A stretch of 64,000 bases of DNA from Vicinamibacteria bacterium (GCA_963828745.1 CAWHFZ010000008.1:224723-288722); one strand, 5' to 3'. Shown: positions 10,463-19,470, numbered from the stretch's first letter. The notes: a model not told the origin generated them from the sequence alone. A program made the numbers and translations.

Positions 10463-10557
10463 TGGGAAATTGGGGTCGGGATAAATTTCACTTTTTGCCA
10501 AGGCTTCGCCTCACTCGCCTGGCAAAAAGTGAAATTTATCCCGACCCCAATTTCCCA
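10463..10557. repeat. REPIN-like inverted doublet of the AT-rich 37-nt repeat (GGGAAATTGGGGTCGGGATAAATTTCACTTTTTGCCA)
   Basis: Left arm 10464-10500 and right arm 10520-10556 are perfect reverse complements, with a 19-nt loop. The same unit recurs at 61134-61167 and 61938-61971. Confidence 0.9.
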
Positions 10558-10559
10558 TC

Positions 10560-11778
10560 CTACTCGTAGCGTAGGGCCTCGGCAGGCTCGATTCGCGTCG
10601 CCACGTGGCTCGGATACCAGCCGCACAGGAGCGTCACGCCGACGATCGTCGCCGCCGACAGGACGAATGCGATCAGATACACATGCAGGTCGACGAAATA
10701 GATGATGTTCAGCAACGGGAACTGCACGACGACCAGCAAACCGACGGCAAGCGCCAGGCTCGTCATCACGCCGATCTCACCGAGGATCTGACGCCGCACG
10801 TTGACTTTCGAAGCTCCCTTCGCCCGCCGCAGACCCAGTTCGCGCGTCCGCTGCGTGACCGCCTGCCACAGCACACCGAACAGGCCGAGCGCCACCATCA
10901 GCATCAGGAACCCGGCCACGAGGCCCACGGCGATCAGGGGGGCCACGGCAAAGCGAATCGAGTCCTCGCGCATCTGCTCCAGTCGCGTGACTTCGAAGGA
11001 CCAGCCCGGCGCGGCCGCCTGCAGGCGCTTGATCAGCCGTTCCTCGAACGCCGCCGGCGTCCCGGCGCGGACCTTGATCAGCAGGTTCCGCGGCGGCCGG
11101 CTCTTCGCGTCGTCGCCGCGGAGCGGCTTGCGGAAGATGGCGTAGTTGCGGGTGCCGTCGAACTCACCGTCCTCACGATACGCCTCGACCACACCGACGA
11201 CACGATAGGGCCTCGGCGACATCGTGCCCGGCGGTGGTTCATCGGGGCGGATGTTCTGTCCAACTGCGCTTTCCGATCCGAACAGCTCGCGACTCATCGT
11301 CTCGTTGATCACCACGGCGTCGTACGACTGCCCGTCGTCCTCCGGACCGAACCAGCGGCCTTGCACCAGTTTCAACCCCATGACGTCCTTGAAATCGTCG
11401 GTCACCTCGGCCACGCCGAATTCGATCTCACGATTCCGCCATCGATAGGAGCTGTTCGACGAGCCGAACTGGTACGGGGCCAGCATCGTCACCGGCCACG
11501 CGCTCGATCTCCGGAAACTCGCCGAGCGCGAGGAACAGTTGCCGGACCGACTCCTGCTGCGACGCGTCGAAGTAGTCGTCGGATACCTGTTTCATGTCCA
11601 CGCCGACGTTCCACACGCCATCGATCGAGAAGCCGATCGGACGACGCCAGTTGTCGAGCATGTAGACGCCCAATGCAACGACGGCGAACAGAACCAGAAA
11701 CGACACGAAGATCTCCGTCATCATCAGTACGTTCGTGCGTTTCCGATTCCAGATCAACGTGAACAGGTGGCGGATCAT
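10560..11778 (-). pseudogene. MacB/FtsX-family ABC transporter permease, one frame change near 11490
   Basis: ORF 11428..11958 (true ATG at 11778, MIRHLFTLIWNRKRTNVLMMTEIF) continues in ORF 10560..11492. ATGA overlap with the upstream permease. The C-terminal IEPAEALRYE is typical of FtsX. Confidence 0.75.
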
Positions 11779-13019
11779 CGCGAGGCCCCCTTCAGTGCCT
11801 CGACCGGGTGCAGCCGGGACATGCGCCACGCCGGATAGACACCCGAGAGCAGACCGAACACGAGCGCGAGGCCAACGCCCCAGGCAAAGATGCGATAGTT
11901 GAGCTGCAACGAGGCGTACTGAATGATTCCGCTCGCGTTGATCGCGCTCAGCAGCCACGCCGCGATCACGAAGCCGAGCGCCGCACCAACCAGCGTCAGG
12001 ACGACGTTTTCGACGACGAATTGGCCGACGAGCACGCGAGACGACGCGCCGAACGCCTTACGGACGCCGATCTCGGAGGCGCGCTCCAGAATGCGGCTCG
12101 TGTTCAGGTTCATCAGATTGACCGCCGGCAGCAGCATGAACACCGTCGTCGCAATGGCGAGGACGAGAGCGAGCTTCGCACCATAGCCCGTCCCGAGACC
12201 GCTCCCGCTGCCAACGAACATGCGGCCCAGCGTGTCGAACAGCGTTTCAGGCGTGGCCTCGACGGTCTTGAACATGCGATCGGACGGCGTGATCGTTCGC
12301 AACCGGGACCAGAACTCGTCGCGAGTCAGGGCCAGTTTCGCCGGATCCCGCAGCAGAAGAATCCCGATGTAGTTGCCGACGAGCTCGGTGCGAAAACTGT
12401 CGGACTTCTCCGTCGTGTAGGGCACCCAGATGTCGGCGAACGGCACGACGCGCAGGACCGGAACGTCGGGCACCACACCGACGACGGTAAAACGCTGGCC
12501 GTCCACTTCCAGCGTGCGGCCCGAGGCGGGCGCAGCGCCGAAGAACCTGCGACGCGTCGACTCGTTGATCACCGCCACCATGCGGCCGTCCCTGACGTCA
12601 CTCTCGGTGTAGGGGTGGCCTTCGAGAAACGTGAAGTCGAGGATTTCCCAGAAGACGCCGTCCGTGCGCTTCAAATTGGACTTCACGCGCTGCCCGTTCA
12701 GATACGAGAAGGCGCCGCCACCAAAGGTCGCGATTGACAGCTTCTCGACATTGGGCAGATTGCGGGCGTAAGTATCGATCAGCCGGAAGCCCGCCATCCC
12801 ATTCCGCCGGACGCGGTCACCGCGTAACGCGGCGTAGTAGATACCGACCGTGCGATCCTGCCTCGTCTCGGGCGGATAGGCAGCAATCACGTGATCCAGG
12901 ATCGCCGTCGCCAGCATCAGCACGACCAGAGTCAAGCTGATGCCGAACAGCGAGATGAACGTGAAAAACTTGCGGCGCAGCAGGACCTTCCACGCCAGCT
13001 TCAAGTAGTTCCGGAGCAT
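11775..13019 (-). CDS. MacB/FtsX-family ABC transporter permease
   Basis: 414-aa intact ORF. N-terminal TM, periplasmic MacB_PCD-like region, and C-terminal FtsX with LHPVEALKGA. Confidence 0.85.
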   Translation of the reverse strand: MLRNYLKLAWKVLLRRKFFTFISLFGISLTLVVLMLATAILDHVIAAYPPETRQDRTVGIYYAALRGDRVRRNGMAGFRLIDTYARNLPNVEKLSIATFGGGAFSYLNGQRVKSNLKRTDGVFWEILDFTFLEGHPYTESDVRDGRMVAVINESTRRRFFGAAPASGRTLEVDGQRFTVVGVVPDVPVLRVVPFADIWVPYTTEKSDSFRTELVGNYIGILLLRDPAKLALTRDEFWSRLRTITPSDRMFKTVEATPETLFDTLGRMFVGSGSGLGTGYGAKLALVLAIATTVFMLLPAVNLMNLNTSRILERASEIGVRKAFGASSRVLVGQFVVENVVLTLVGAALGFVIAAWLLSAINASGIIQYASLQLNYRIFAWGVGLALVFGLLSGVYPAWRMSRLHPVEALKGASR

Positions 13020-13020
13020 G

Positions 13021-13743
<723 letters not shown>

Positions 13744-13762
13744 GTCATGAGTTCCTGTTAGA

Positions 13763-13874
13763 GGCGGACCTGAAGGTCCGCCCTACATGAGAGGCGGACC
13801 TGAGGATTTCCTATGTAGGGCGGACCTTCACGTCCGCCTTCCAGTCTCCTGTAGGGCGGACCTTCAGGTCCGCC
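13763..13874. repeat. Cluster of GTAGG-type REP hairpins (three full copies plus one half copy, mixed orientation)
   Basis: Full copies at 13763-13788, 13814-13838 and 13850-13874; half copy at 13793-13805. Located between the MFP stop (13891) and the ATPase start (13743) of one operon. Confidence 0.85.
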
Positions 13875-13890
13875 TTCGAGCGATCCGTCA

Positions 13891-15135
13891 TCAGCGAATG
13901 CGGATCTCGTTCAGACGCTGGTAATCACGCATCTCGGAAATGATCACTTCGTCGCCAGCCATCAGGCCGTTGGTCACCTCGTAGTAGTCGAAGCCCGTGA
14001 GGCCGAAGCTCACCGGCGTCCTCACCGCGCGGTTGCCGCGGATGACGAAGACTTCCTGGTTCCCTTCGCCGGTGGAAAACGGACCGCGCCGCACGCGCAA
14101 CGTGCGGGGCCGTCTGGCGGTCACGACGGAAACGTCCACTCGCAGGTTCTGCCGCAGCAGCGGGCTCGACGGCTGGGCCAGCCCTATCGCGACGGTCATC
14201 ACCCCGTTGGCGATCGTCGGATTGATCGACCTGACGGTGCCCTCCAGCGTGTCGTTGTTGATGCGAACGATCGCGCCCTGACCGATCGACAGCCGGGCGG
14301 CGTGCACGTCCGACACATTGGCGTCCACGCGGAACGACGTGAAATCGGCCACGCGCGCCAGGACGGCCCCCTTCTGCACCGAGGCGCCTTCCTCGGTCAC
14401 GACCCAGGTCAGCACGCCCGCGCGGCCGGCGCGCGGGCTCGCGAGATCCAGTTGCCGCGCCGCCTCGGCTTCATCCTTCCGCAGCTTGCCGATCTCCATG
14501 TCGAGCCCGGCCAGTTCCGTTCGAGTCGCCTCTTGCGCGTTCTCTCGCTCCGCCGAGATCTGCTTCAGCTCAATCCCCGCCTGCGTCGTCGCCAGCTCCG
14601 ACTTGCGGAGCAGTTCCTGCGACAGCAGACCCTGCTTGAACAGTTCCTGGTCCCGCCGCAGTTGCGACTCGAGCGACGCCAGCTGCAGCTTCTTGACCTC
14701 TGTCTTGCTGTCGAGCTCGATCAGGCTCTTTTGGAGCGTGAGCCGTTTCTGCGCCTGGGCGTTTGCTTTGATCGCGAGGTCCTGCGCGTATTTCTCGACG
14801 GTCAGGCGGGCTTCGCTCACATCGAGCTGGACGATCGGCTGCCCTTCGCGCAGCCGCGCGCCGGGTCGCTCGAAGATGCGCAGCACGCGCGCTTCGACGG
14901 GACTCGTGATCACCTGCTCGATCTCGGGGACGACAACACCCGATGCTGCGATCGAGCTGTCCACGGCACCGGCCTCCACAACCGCCGTCCGGATGTTTAC
15001 CCGGTCGATGCTCGGCGCGATCAGCCCGGCCAGTGCGAGGTAGGCGAACACGCCGATCGACAGCACCGTGCCGCCGACGGCGATCCTCCGGCGGCGCTGC
15101 GATCTGATGACTGAGGGGGCGATTTCGCGATCCAC
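13891..15135 (-). CDS. Efflux periplasmic adaptor (HlyD/MacA-family membrane fusion protein)
   Basis: 414-aa ORF with a GTG start. N-terminal anchor RRRRIAVGGTVLSIGVFAYLALAG, long coiled-coil hairpin and beta-barrel C-terminus. Confidence 0.85.
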   Translation of the reverse strand: MDREIAPSVIRSQRRRRIAVGGTVLSIGVFAYLALAGLIAPSIDRVNIRTAVVEAGAVDSSIAASGVVVPEIEQVITSPVEARVLRIFERPGARLREGQPIVQLDVSEARLTVEKYAQDLAIKANAQAQKRLTLQKSLIELDSKTEVKKLQLASLESQLRRDQELFKQGLLSQELLRKSELATTQAGIELKQISAERENAQEATRTELAGLDMEIGKLRKDEAEAARQLDLASPRAGRAGVLTWVVTEEGASVQKGAVLARVADFTSFRVDANVSDVHAARLSIGQGAIVRINNDTLEGTVRSINPTIANGVMTVAIGLAQPSSPLLRQNLRVDVSVVTARRPRTLRVRRGPFSTGEGNQEVFVIRGNRAVRTPVSFGLTGFDYYEVTNGLMAGDEVIISEMRDYQRLNEIRIR

Positions 15136-15148
15136 GCGGCCTCCTGGC

Positions 15149-15163
15149 GCAATCGGGTTGCCA
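15149..15163 (-). promoter_or_regulatory. Candidate sigma-54 promoter (TGGCAA-N5-TTGC) for the efflux operon
   Basis: The minus strand reads CTGGCAACCCGATTGCGCCAGGAGGCCGC-GTG. The GG and GC elements have canonical spacing. The predicted start site lies only ~2 nt before the GTG at 15135. Confidence 0.4.
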
Positions 15164-15293
15164 GGTGGCCACTCGGAAATACGCGATAATTCGCGGCTTG
15201 TCGGGATCGACCGTTCAGGAGCGTACGAGAGGTGTTCGGAAGCGGACAGCGCCGCGATGTCGAACGCCTCTCAGAACCTCGCTACCCTGTAGT

Positions 15294-15390
15294 CCGGAGC
15301 CTGGAGCCTGGAGCCCGGAGCCCGGAGCCCGGAGCCCGGAGCCCGGAGCCTGGAGCCCGAAGTCTGTAGCCTGACCCCTGGAGCCTGAAA
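15294..15390. repeat. 14 in-phase heptads CYGGAGC running into the DinB start codon
   Basis: Nine perfect units (15294-15356), then degenerate units CCGAAGT, CTGTAGC, CTGACCC, CTGGAGC and CTGAAA, then the ATG at 15391. Confidence 0.9.
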
Positions 15391-15888
15391 ATGACCACCG
15401 ATGATGTCCGCGTGTTGATCGACTACCACTACTGGGCGCGCGATCGCGTGCTCGAAGCCGTCGACGCGCTCACGCCGGAGCAGTTGACTCGCGACATGGG
15501 CAACAGCTTCAAGTCGGTGCTCGACACACTCGCGCACCTTCACTCCTCAGAGTGGATCTGGCTGTCACGCTGGCACGGCGAGTCGCCGACCACGCCGCTC
15601 GCGGCCGATCGCTTTGCGGATGTGGCGGCCGTCCGCGCCGGCTGGGCGGAACTGGAAACGAAAATGCGCGCGCTCGCCGCAGCCCTGACGGACGAGCGAC
15701 TGAACGAGTCCCTCGACTATCGGCTGCTCAATGGCACCGCAGGCCGCAACCGGCTGTGGCACATGATTCAGCACATGGTGAACCACGCCACCTACCATCG
15801 CGGACAGCTCACGACGATGCTGCGGCAGCTCGGCGCGGCGCCGCCGAAGAGCATGGATCTCATCGCTTTCTATCGCGAGAGGGCGTAG
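15391..15888 (+). CDS. DinB-family (DinB_2-like) four-helix-bundle protein
   Basis: 165 aa. YHYWARDRVLEAV..., HLHSSEWIWL and HMVNHATYHRGQL are typical DinB/YfiT-like His-containing motifs. Confidence 0.8.
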   Translation: MTTDDVRVLIDYHYWARDRVLEAVDALTPEQLTRDMGNSFKSVLDTLAHLHSSEWIWLSRWHGESPTTPLAADRFADVAAVRAGWAELETKMRALAAALTDERLNESLDYRLLNGTAGRNRLWHMIQHMVNHATYHRGQLTTMLRQLGAAPPKSMDLIAFYRERA

Positions 15889-15928
15889 GGATCAGGGATC
15901 GGGGATCGGGGATCGGGGATCAGGGATT
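15887..15928. repeat. Six heptads RGGGATC (G-quadruplex-type motif, five GATC sites)
   Basis: AGGGATC x2, GGGGATC x3, AGGGATT. The array spans the whole gap between convergent stop codons (TAG 15886-15888, TGA 15920-15922 on minus). Confidence 0.9.
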
Positions 15929-17710
15929 CTTCTGCCGTTCGATCCGGTCGATTTCACCCAGCGCCAGGCCGTATTCCGTATAATCGCGGCGCCCCTTCTC
16001 CTTCACCCACTGGAGGTGCTGAAGCGCAGTCGCCTGATCGCCATCGATGTGTGCCTTGATGCCGATGTAGGCATGCGCTTCGGTCAGCAGCGCTTCGGGT
16101 GAGGCCTTCTTCAGGAGCTGTCCTGCAGGAAGGCTGCCGCGAAGATAGCCGACGATGGTCGCCTGCCACGAATTCGCGTCCACGTTCGCCGCGATCTCGT
16201 CGAGTATGGCTCGCGCCTGATCGGTCTTCTTGAGCCGCAAGGACGCAATCGCTGCGACGAACATGACATAGGGGCTACCGGTGTTCTGCCACCCGGATTG
16301 GCGAACGAAGCTGGTCGCGTCGGCATAGACGAAGGTGTCGAGACCTAGACGCTGTGATTCAGCGATGCGACGAGCGTACCAGCCAGGCTCGGGGTTCACC
16401 GTAAGACACCGGCTGAAGTTCGCTGCGGCTTCCTTCAGACCCAACGCCTGTTGCGCCAGACTGAGGCCAAAATACGATGGCGCGGAGTCGCGATATACGG
16501 CGAGTGCGCGGCCATAGGCCGCGATGGCATCCTCGTAGCGCTTGGCACCGCGGAACGCCTCGGCACGGAGAAATGTCGTCGCAAAATCGGTCGCGTTCTG
16601 CAGATCCGGCGCTTCCAGAATGTCAACGGCATCGGAGGTGCGTTCCTGGCCCAATAGCACTCGCGCTCGCGCCAGCCGCACAGCAATCGACAGACGATCG
16701 ATCGCGACCGCCTTGCTCAGCCGCTTCTCGGCCTCCTCGTATGCGCCGTGACGCGCCAGCAGGTCGCCCTGGACCTGGAGAGCGTCGATTTCGGGCAGCG
16801 CCTCGATCGGCGCGTCGAGCTTCGTCTCGACGCTCGGCAGCTGCATCGCCATCATCGTGGGTAGATCCAGATACTCGCGAAGGCCGCTTTCCAGCGCCTC
16901 GCTATCCGGTCCGAAGGTCTGCGCAAACGCAACGTCGCTCGACTGGCCTTCCGCGAGCGCTGACACGAAGGCGCGAACCTTCGGTCGATAAGCCCCCTTT
17001 TCCCCAAGCAGCAGGTAGTGGGTGAAAGCCCAGGACTGGGCGTAGAAGCGGTACACGGCCTGTGGCGTGCGCAGAAGCTCTGGCAACGCCGCGGACGAGA
17101 GGAATTTTTTGAACGGAATCAGGCCGCCGTACGATCGCAGGGCCGTACGGTATTCGACGATGGGCCGACCGACGATCATCCGGTTGTCGGTCTCGCTACC
17201 GTTGAATGTGCTGTAAAAGTCAGCCAGGCCCTCGTTCAGCCACATCGGCAGCCGCGGCGCAGCACGGTAGATGAGAAAGTGCGTGTATTCGTGGAAAATG
17301 ACGCGATAACTGAACTCGCGATTCTCATTCGGCGCGAGCACGATGTAGTTGATGTCGGGTAGCGCAGAGAAGTACGCCGCCACGTTATCGGACGGCTTAC
17401 CCCGAGTGCGCGGCTTGAACGGCGTGAGGGCGCTGTCGTCGCGGAAGACGACCGCCAGCATGGGGACGGGAGAGCTCATGGGCGTTGCCGGCGCGAGCGC
17501 TCGAACCGCAACGCGGAATCGTTCGATTTCCAATGCGGTGCGCCGAAGGTCCCGCTCCGGTGCGTTGCCAATGATTGTCAGCGACGGTGCTCTCAGCCGT
17601 TTCCAATCGCGACTCGTGGGTCCCGGAGCTCCCGCATCCTGCGCCACGCTGCTGGCAGCGGGCGTCACTATCGACCAGAAGATAATGACGAACCGGAGAT
17701 GCGCGTTCAT
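15920..17710 (-). CDS. Secreted putative zinc metalloprotease (HExxH, MA-like) with C-terminal TPR repeats
   Basis: ATG at 17710 gives the signal peptide MNAHLRFVIIFWSIVTPAASSVAQ. Contains HEYTH followed by NEGLADFY. The C-terminal half is TPR-like. Confidence 0.6.
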   Translation of the reverse strand: MNAHLRFVIIFWSIVTPAASSVAQDAGAPGPTSRDWKRLRAPSLTIIGNAPERDLRRTALEIERFRVAVRALAPATPMSSPVPMLAVVFRDDSALTPFKPRTRGKPSDNVAAYFSALPDINYIVLAPNENREFSYRVIFHEYTHFLIYRAAPRLPMWLNEGLADFYSTFNGSETDNRMIVGRPIVEYRTALRSYGGLIPFKKFLSSAALPELLRTPQAVYRFYAQSWAFTHYLLLGEKGAYRPKVRAFVSALAEGQSSDVAFAQTFGPDSEALESGLREYLDLPTMMAMQLPSVETKLDAPIEALPEIDALQVQGDLLARHGAYEEAEKRLSKAVAIDRLSIAVRLARARVLLGQERTSDAVDILEAPDLQNATDFATTFLRAEAFRGAKRYEDAIAAYGRALAVYRDSAPSYFGLSLAQQALGLKEAAANFSRCLTVNPEPGWYARRIAESQRLGLDTFVYADATSFVRQSGWQNTGSPYVMFVAAIASLRLKKTDQARAILDEIAANVDANSWQATIVGYLRGSLPAGQLLKKASPEALLTEAHAYIGIKAHIDGDQATALQHLQWVKEKGRRDYTEYGLALGEIDRIERQKNP

Positions 17711-17891
17711 GGGTTCCCTACCGGAAGGTGTGCGGGCTGGCAGGATTGTCAGAGATTCGCTGAAGCGTCGCAAGTGACCGCTTTCCGGGCACTGTCACGG
17801 ACCACACTGAAAGGGTCCACGGTAGCGGCCGCAGCTGGACCGCTATTATGATCAGCCGCACATCGAGGGCAGGCGCCCGCAGGAGTCGTTC

Positions 17892-18584
17892 ATGCGTCAC
17901 TTCACGACAATGATTGCGATCACGTTGACCATCGCACTTGGAAATGCCAGCACCGCCAGGGCGCAGGCCGACGAGGCAGCCCGTATCAAGGAAGCGACGA
18001 CGGTCCTCGAGGAGATTCTCAATGCGCCCGACGTCTCGGTCCCGGAGTGGGTCGCGCAGAAGGTCCAGGGCATCGCCGTCTTCCCGTCCGTGAAGAAGGC
18101 GGGGCTTCTCGTCGGCGGGCAATGGGGTCGGGGCGTCCTCAGCGCGAAGTCGACGAAGAGCGGCACGTGGTCGGCGCCCGCGTTCCTCACGCTGACCGGC
18201 GGCAGCATCGGCGCCCAGATTGGTGGTGAGGCGGTTGACCTCGTGCTCGTGATCGTCGACGAGCGCGGGCTCGAACAACTCACACGGAATCAGTTCAAGA
18301 TCGGCGCGGATGCGGGCGTCGCGGCGGGCCCTGTCGGGCGCACCGCGGAAGCCTCGACCGACATCCAGATGCGGGCGAAGATCCTCAGCTACTCCCGGGC
18401 GCGGGGACTGTTCGCGGGCATCACACTGAACGGCTCGACGATCAAGCAGGATCGTGACGCCAACGAGCGCTTCTACAATCAGCCGTACAAAACCAGCCAG
18501 ATCGTCCTCGACCGGCTGGGTGGAGCTCCGGAACCGGTCCCGGCCTGGCGGGCCGCCCTCGAGGAAGTCCGGCCCAAGCGCTGA
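17892..18584 (+). CDS. Ysc84/SYLF (DUF500) lipid-binding domain protein, secreted
   Basis: 230 aa with a signal peptide. VFPSVKKAGLLVGGQWGRGV and GGSIGAQIGGE are typical of the SYLF family. Confidence 0.75.
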   Translation: MRHFTTMIAITLTIALGNASTARAQADEAARIKEATTVLEEILNAPDVSVPEWVAQKVQGIAVFPSVKKAGLLVGGQWGRGVLSAKSTKSGTWSAPAFLTLTGGSIGAQIGGEAVDLVLVIVDERGLEQLTRNQFKIGADAGVAAGPVGRTAEASTDIQMRAKILSYSRARGLFAGITLNGSTIKQDRDANERFYNQPYKTSQIVLDRLGGAPEPVPAWRAALEEVRPKR

Positions 18585-18633
18585 CGATCCGGCGACGCGT
18601 AGAGTCCTTTGCGGGGCAGCCGATTAAGTTCTT

Positions 18634-19299
18634 ATGCACTCCAGCATCTGGATTCACATTCTTGCCGACATCGGGCGCAACACGTTCAGATACGCGCCCT
18701 TCGTCCTGATGTCAGCGCTGGGGCGCGTCACGGCCGAATCCTGCGGGTCGAAATACGGCGACGGCAGCTGGCGCGACGCGCCGCCCTCGATGGAGCAATT
18801 GCGAATCGAGCGTTACCTGGCGGGTTCGTCGGTCGCCGGCAAGACCCTGCTGCACGTCGGCGTGGGGTCGTCAAGCGTCGCCAAGCGGTTCCATGCCGAG
18901 TGCCGCCAGATCGACGGGCTGACGGTCATGGCCGACGAGATCACCTATGCCGACGGCCTGGGCTACTCGAATTACCGCGTTTATCTGCTCGACAAATTCT
19001 CGCCCGCGGTCACGACCACGCTCCCGAATCGCTATCACTTCATCATCGACAACAACCCCAGCTCCTTCGCCCCCAGCCGGGCCGCGTTCGACTGGATGAT
19101 CGCCAACTACGTCGAACTGCTGGAGCCGGGCGGGATGTTCCTCACCGATCGCGTCGGAATGCACTATCGCGAGAAATACGCCTTTTCGGTCGCCGACGAC
19201 GACCTCGCCGCGTTCGAACGCGTGCTGCCTGTCCGCTTCGAGCGGCCGACAACGTCGGTGCGGGCGTTGGTCAAGCTCGGCTCCGCAACACGCCAATAG
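18634..19299 (+). CDS. Hypothetical protein with class-I SAM-methyltransferase-like motifs
   Basis: 221 aa. LLHVGVGSSS (motif I-like), IIDNN, LLEPGGMFL. No closer assignment is possible. Confidence 0.45.
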   Translation: MHSSIWIHILADIGRNTFRYAPFVLMSALGRVTAESCGSKYGDGSWRDAPPSMEQLRIERYLAGSSVAGKTLLHVGVGSSSVAKRFHAECRQIDGLTVMADEITYADGLGYSNYRVYLLDKFSPAVTTTLPNRYHFIIDNNPSSFAPSRAAFDWMIANYVELLEPGGMFLTDRVGMHYREKYAFSVADDDLAAFERVLPVRFERPTTSVRALVKLGSATRQ

Positions 19300-19329
19300 T
19301 CGCGCTGGATCGATTCGGCTACAGCATCG

Positions 19330-19470
19330 ACTGCATGTATCCACAAAATGGGTACGTTGTGGTGAACCCATGCGTAAAATGCATGGAATGAATAAAACCT
19401 TTCTATTTCCGTTTTCCTTCTAAATCCCGCATAACTAACGGCATACCTTCGACCGTGTGCCGGCGGAGCC
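19330..19470 (+). promoter_or_regulatory. AT-rich leader/promoter island upstream of gltB with alternative hairpins
   Basis: Locally AT-rich against a GC-rich background. CCACAA/TTGTGG stem (19341-19362). CATGC (19369-19373) can pair with either GCATG (19333-19337) or GCATGG (19381-19386). A 17-codon uORF lies at 19370-19423. Confidence 0.35.

Noticed and set aside
9175-10569. 464-aa plus-strand ORF, and similar ORFs at 11808..12737, 14302..15114, 30861..32081, 48348..49850, 54621..55706, 56092..57360 and 61952..63082
   Set aside because: All are antisense to genes with strong family motifs, have a low-complexity Arg/Ala/Pro/Gly bias and show no start context. They are treated as shadow ORFs.
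10453-10626. N-terminal extensions of track ORFs (9085..10626, 27757..29061, 34584..36110, 3676..5631, 61155..61973, 15920..17773)
   Set aside because: The extensions read through repeats or the opposite-strand gene and precede obvious native N-termini (receiver domain, GxGTR motif, signal peptides). Internal ATG/GTG starts with operon-style 4-nt overlaps fit better.
15165-15374. ORFs translating repeat arrays (15165..15374, 15271..15543, 33167..33439, 33312..33809, 32891..33235)
   Set aside because: The peptide sequences are just translated tandem repeats (PEPGAWSPEPGARSPEPG, SQGRKVARSQG). They lack start context and overlap real gene ends.
15294-15390. Possible CRISPR array (also considered for 33137-33353 and 13763-13874)
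   Set aside because: The units are 7-10 nt contiguous tandem repeats, or 25-nt hairpins, without unique spacers of 25-40 nt. There are no cas genes in the window.
17790-17830. Degenerate REP-like sequence CACGGACCACACTGAAAGGGTCCACGGTAG
   Set aside because: It shares GGACC/GGTCC and a GTAG, but carries insertions and a weak stem. The evidence is too weak to call it a family member.
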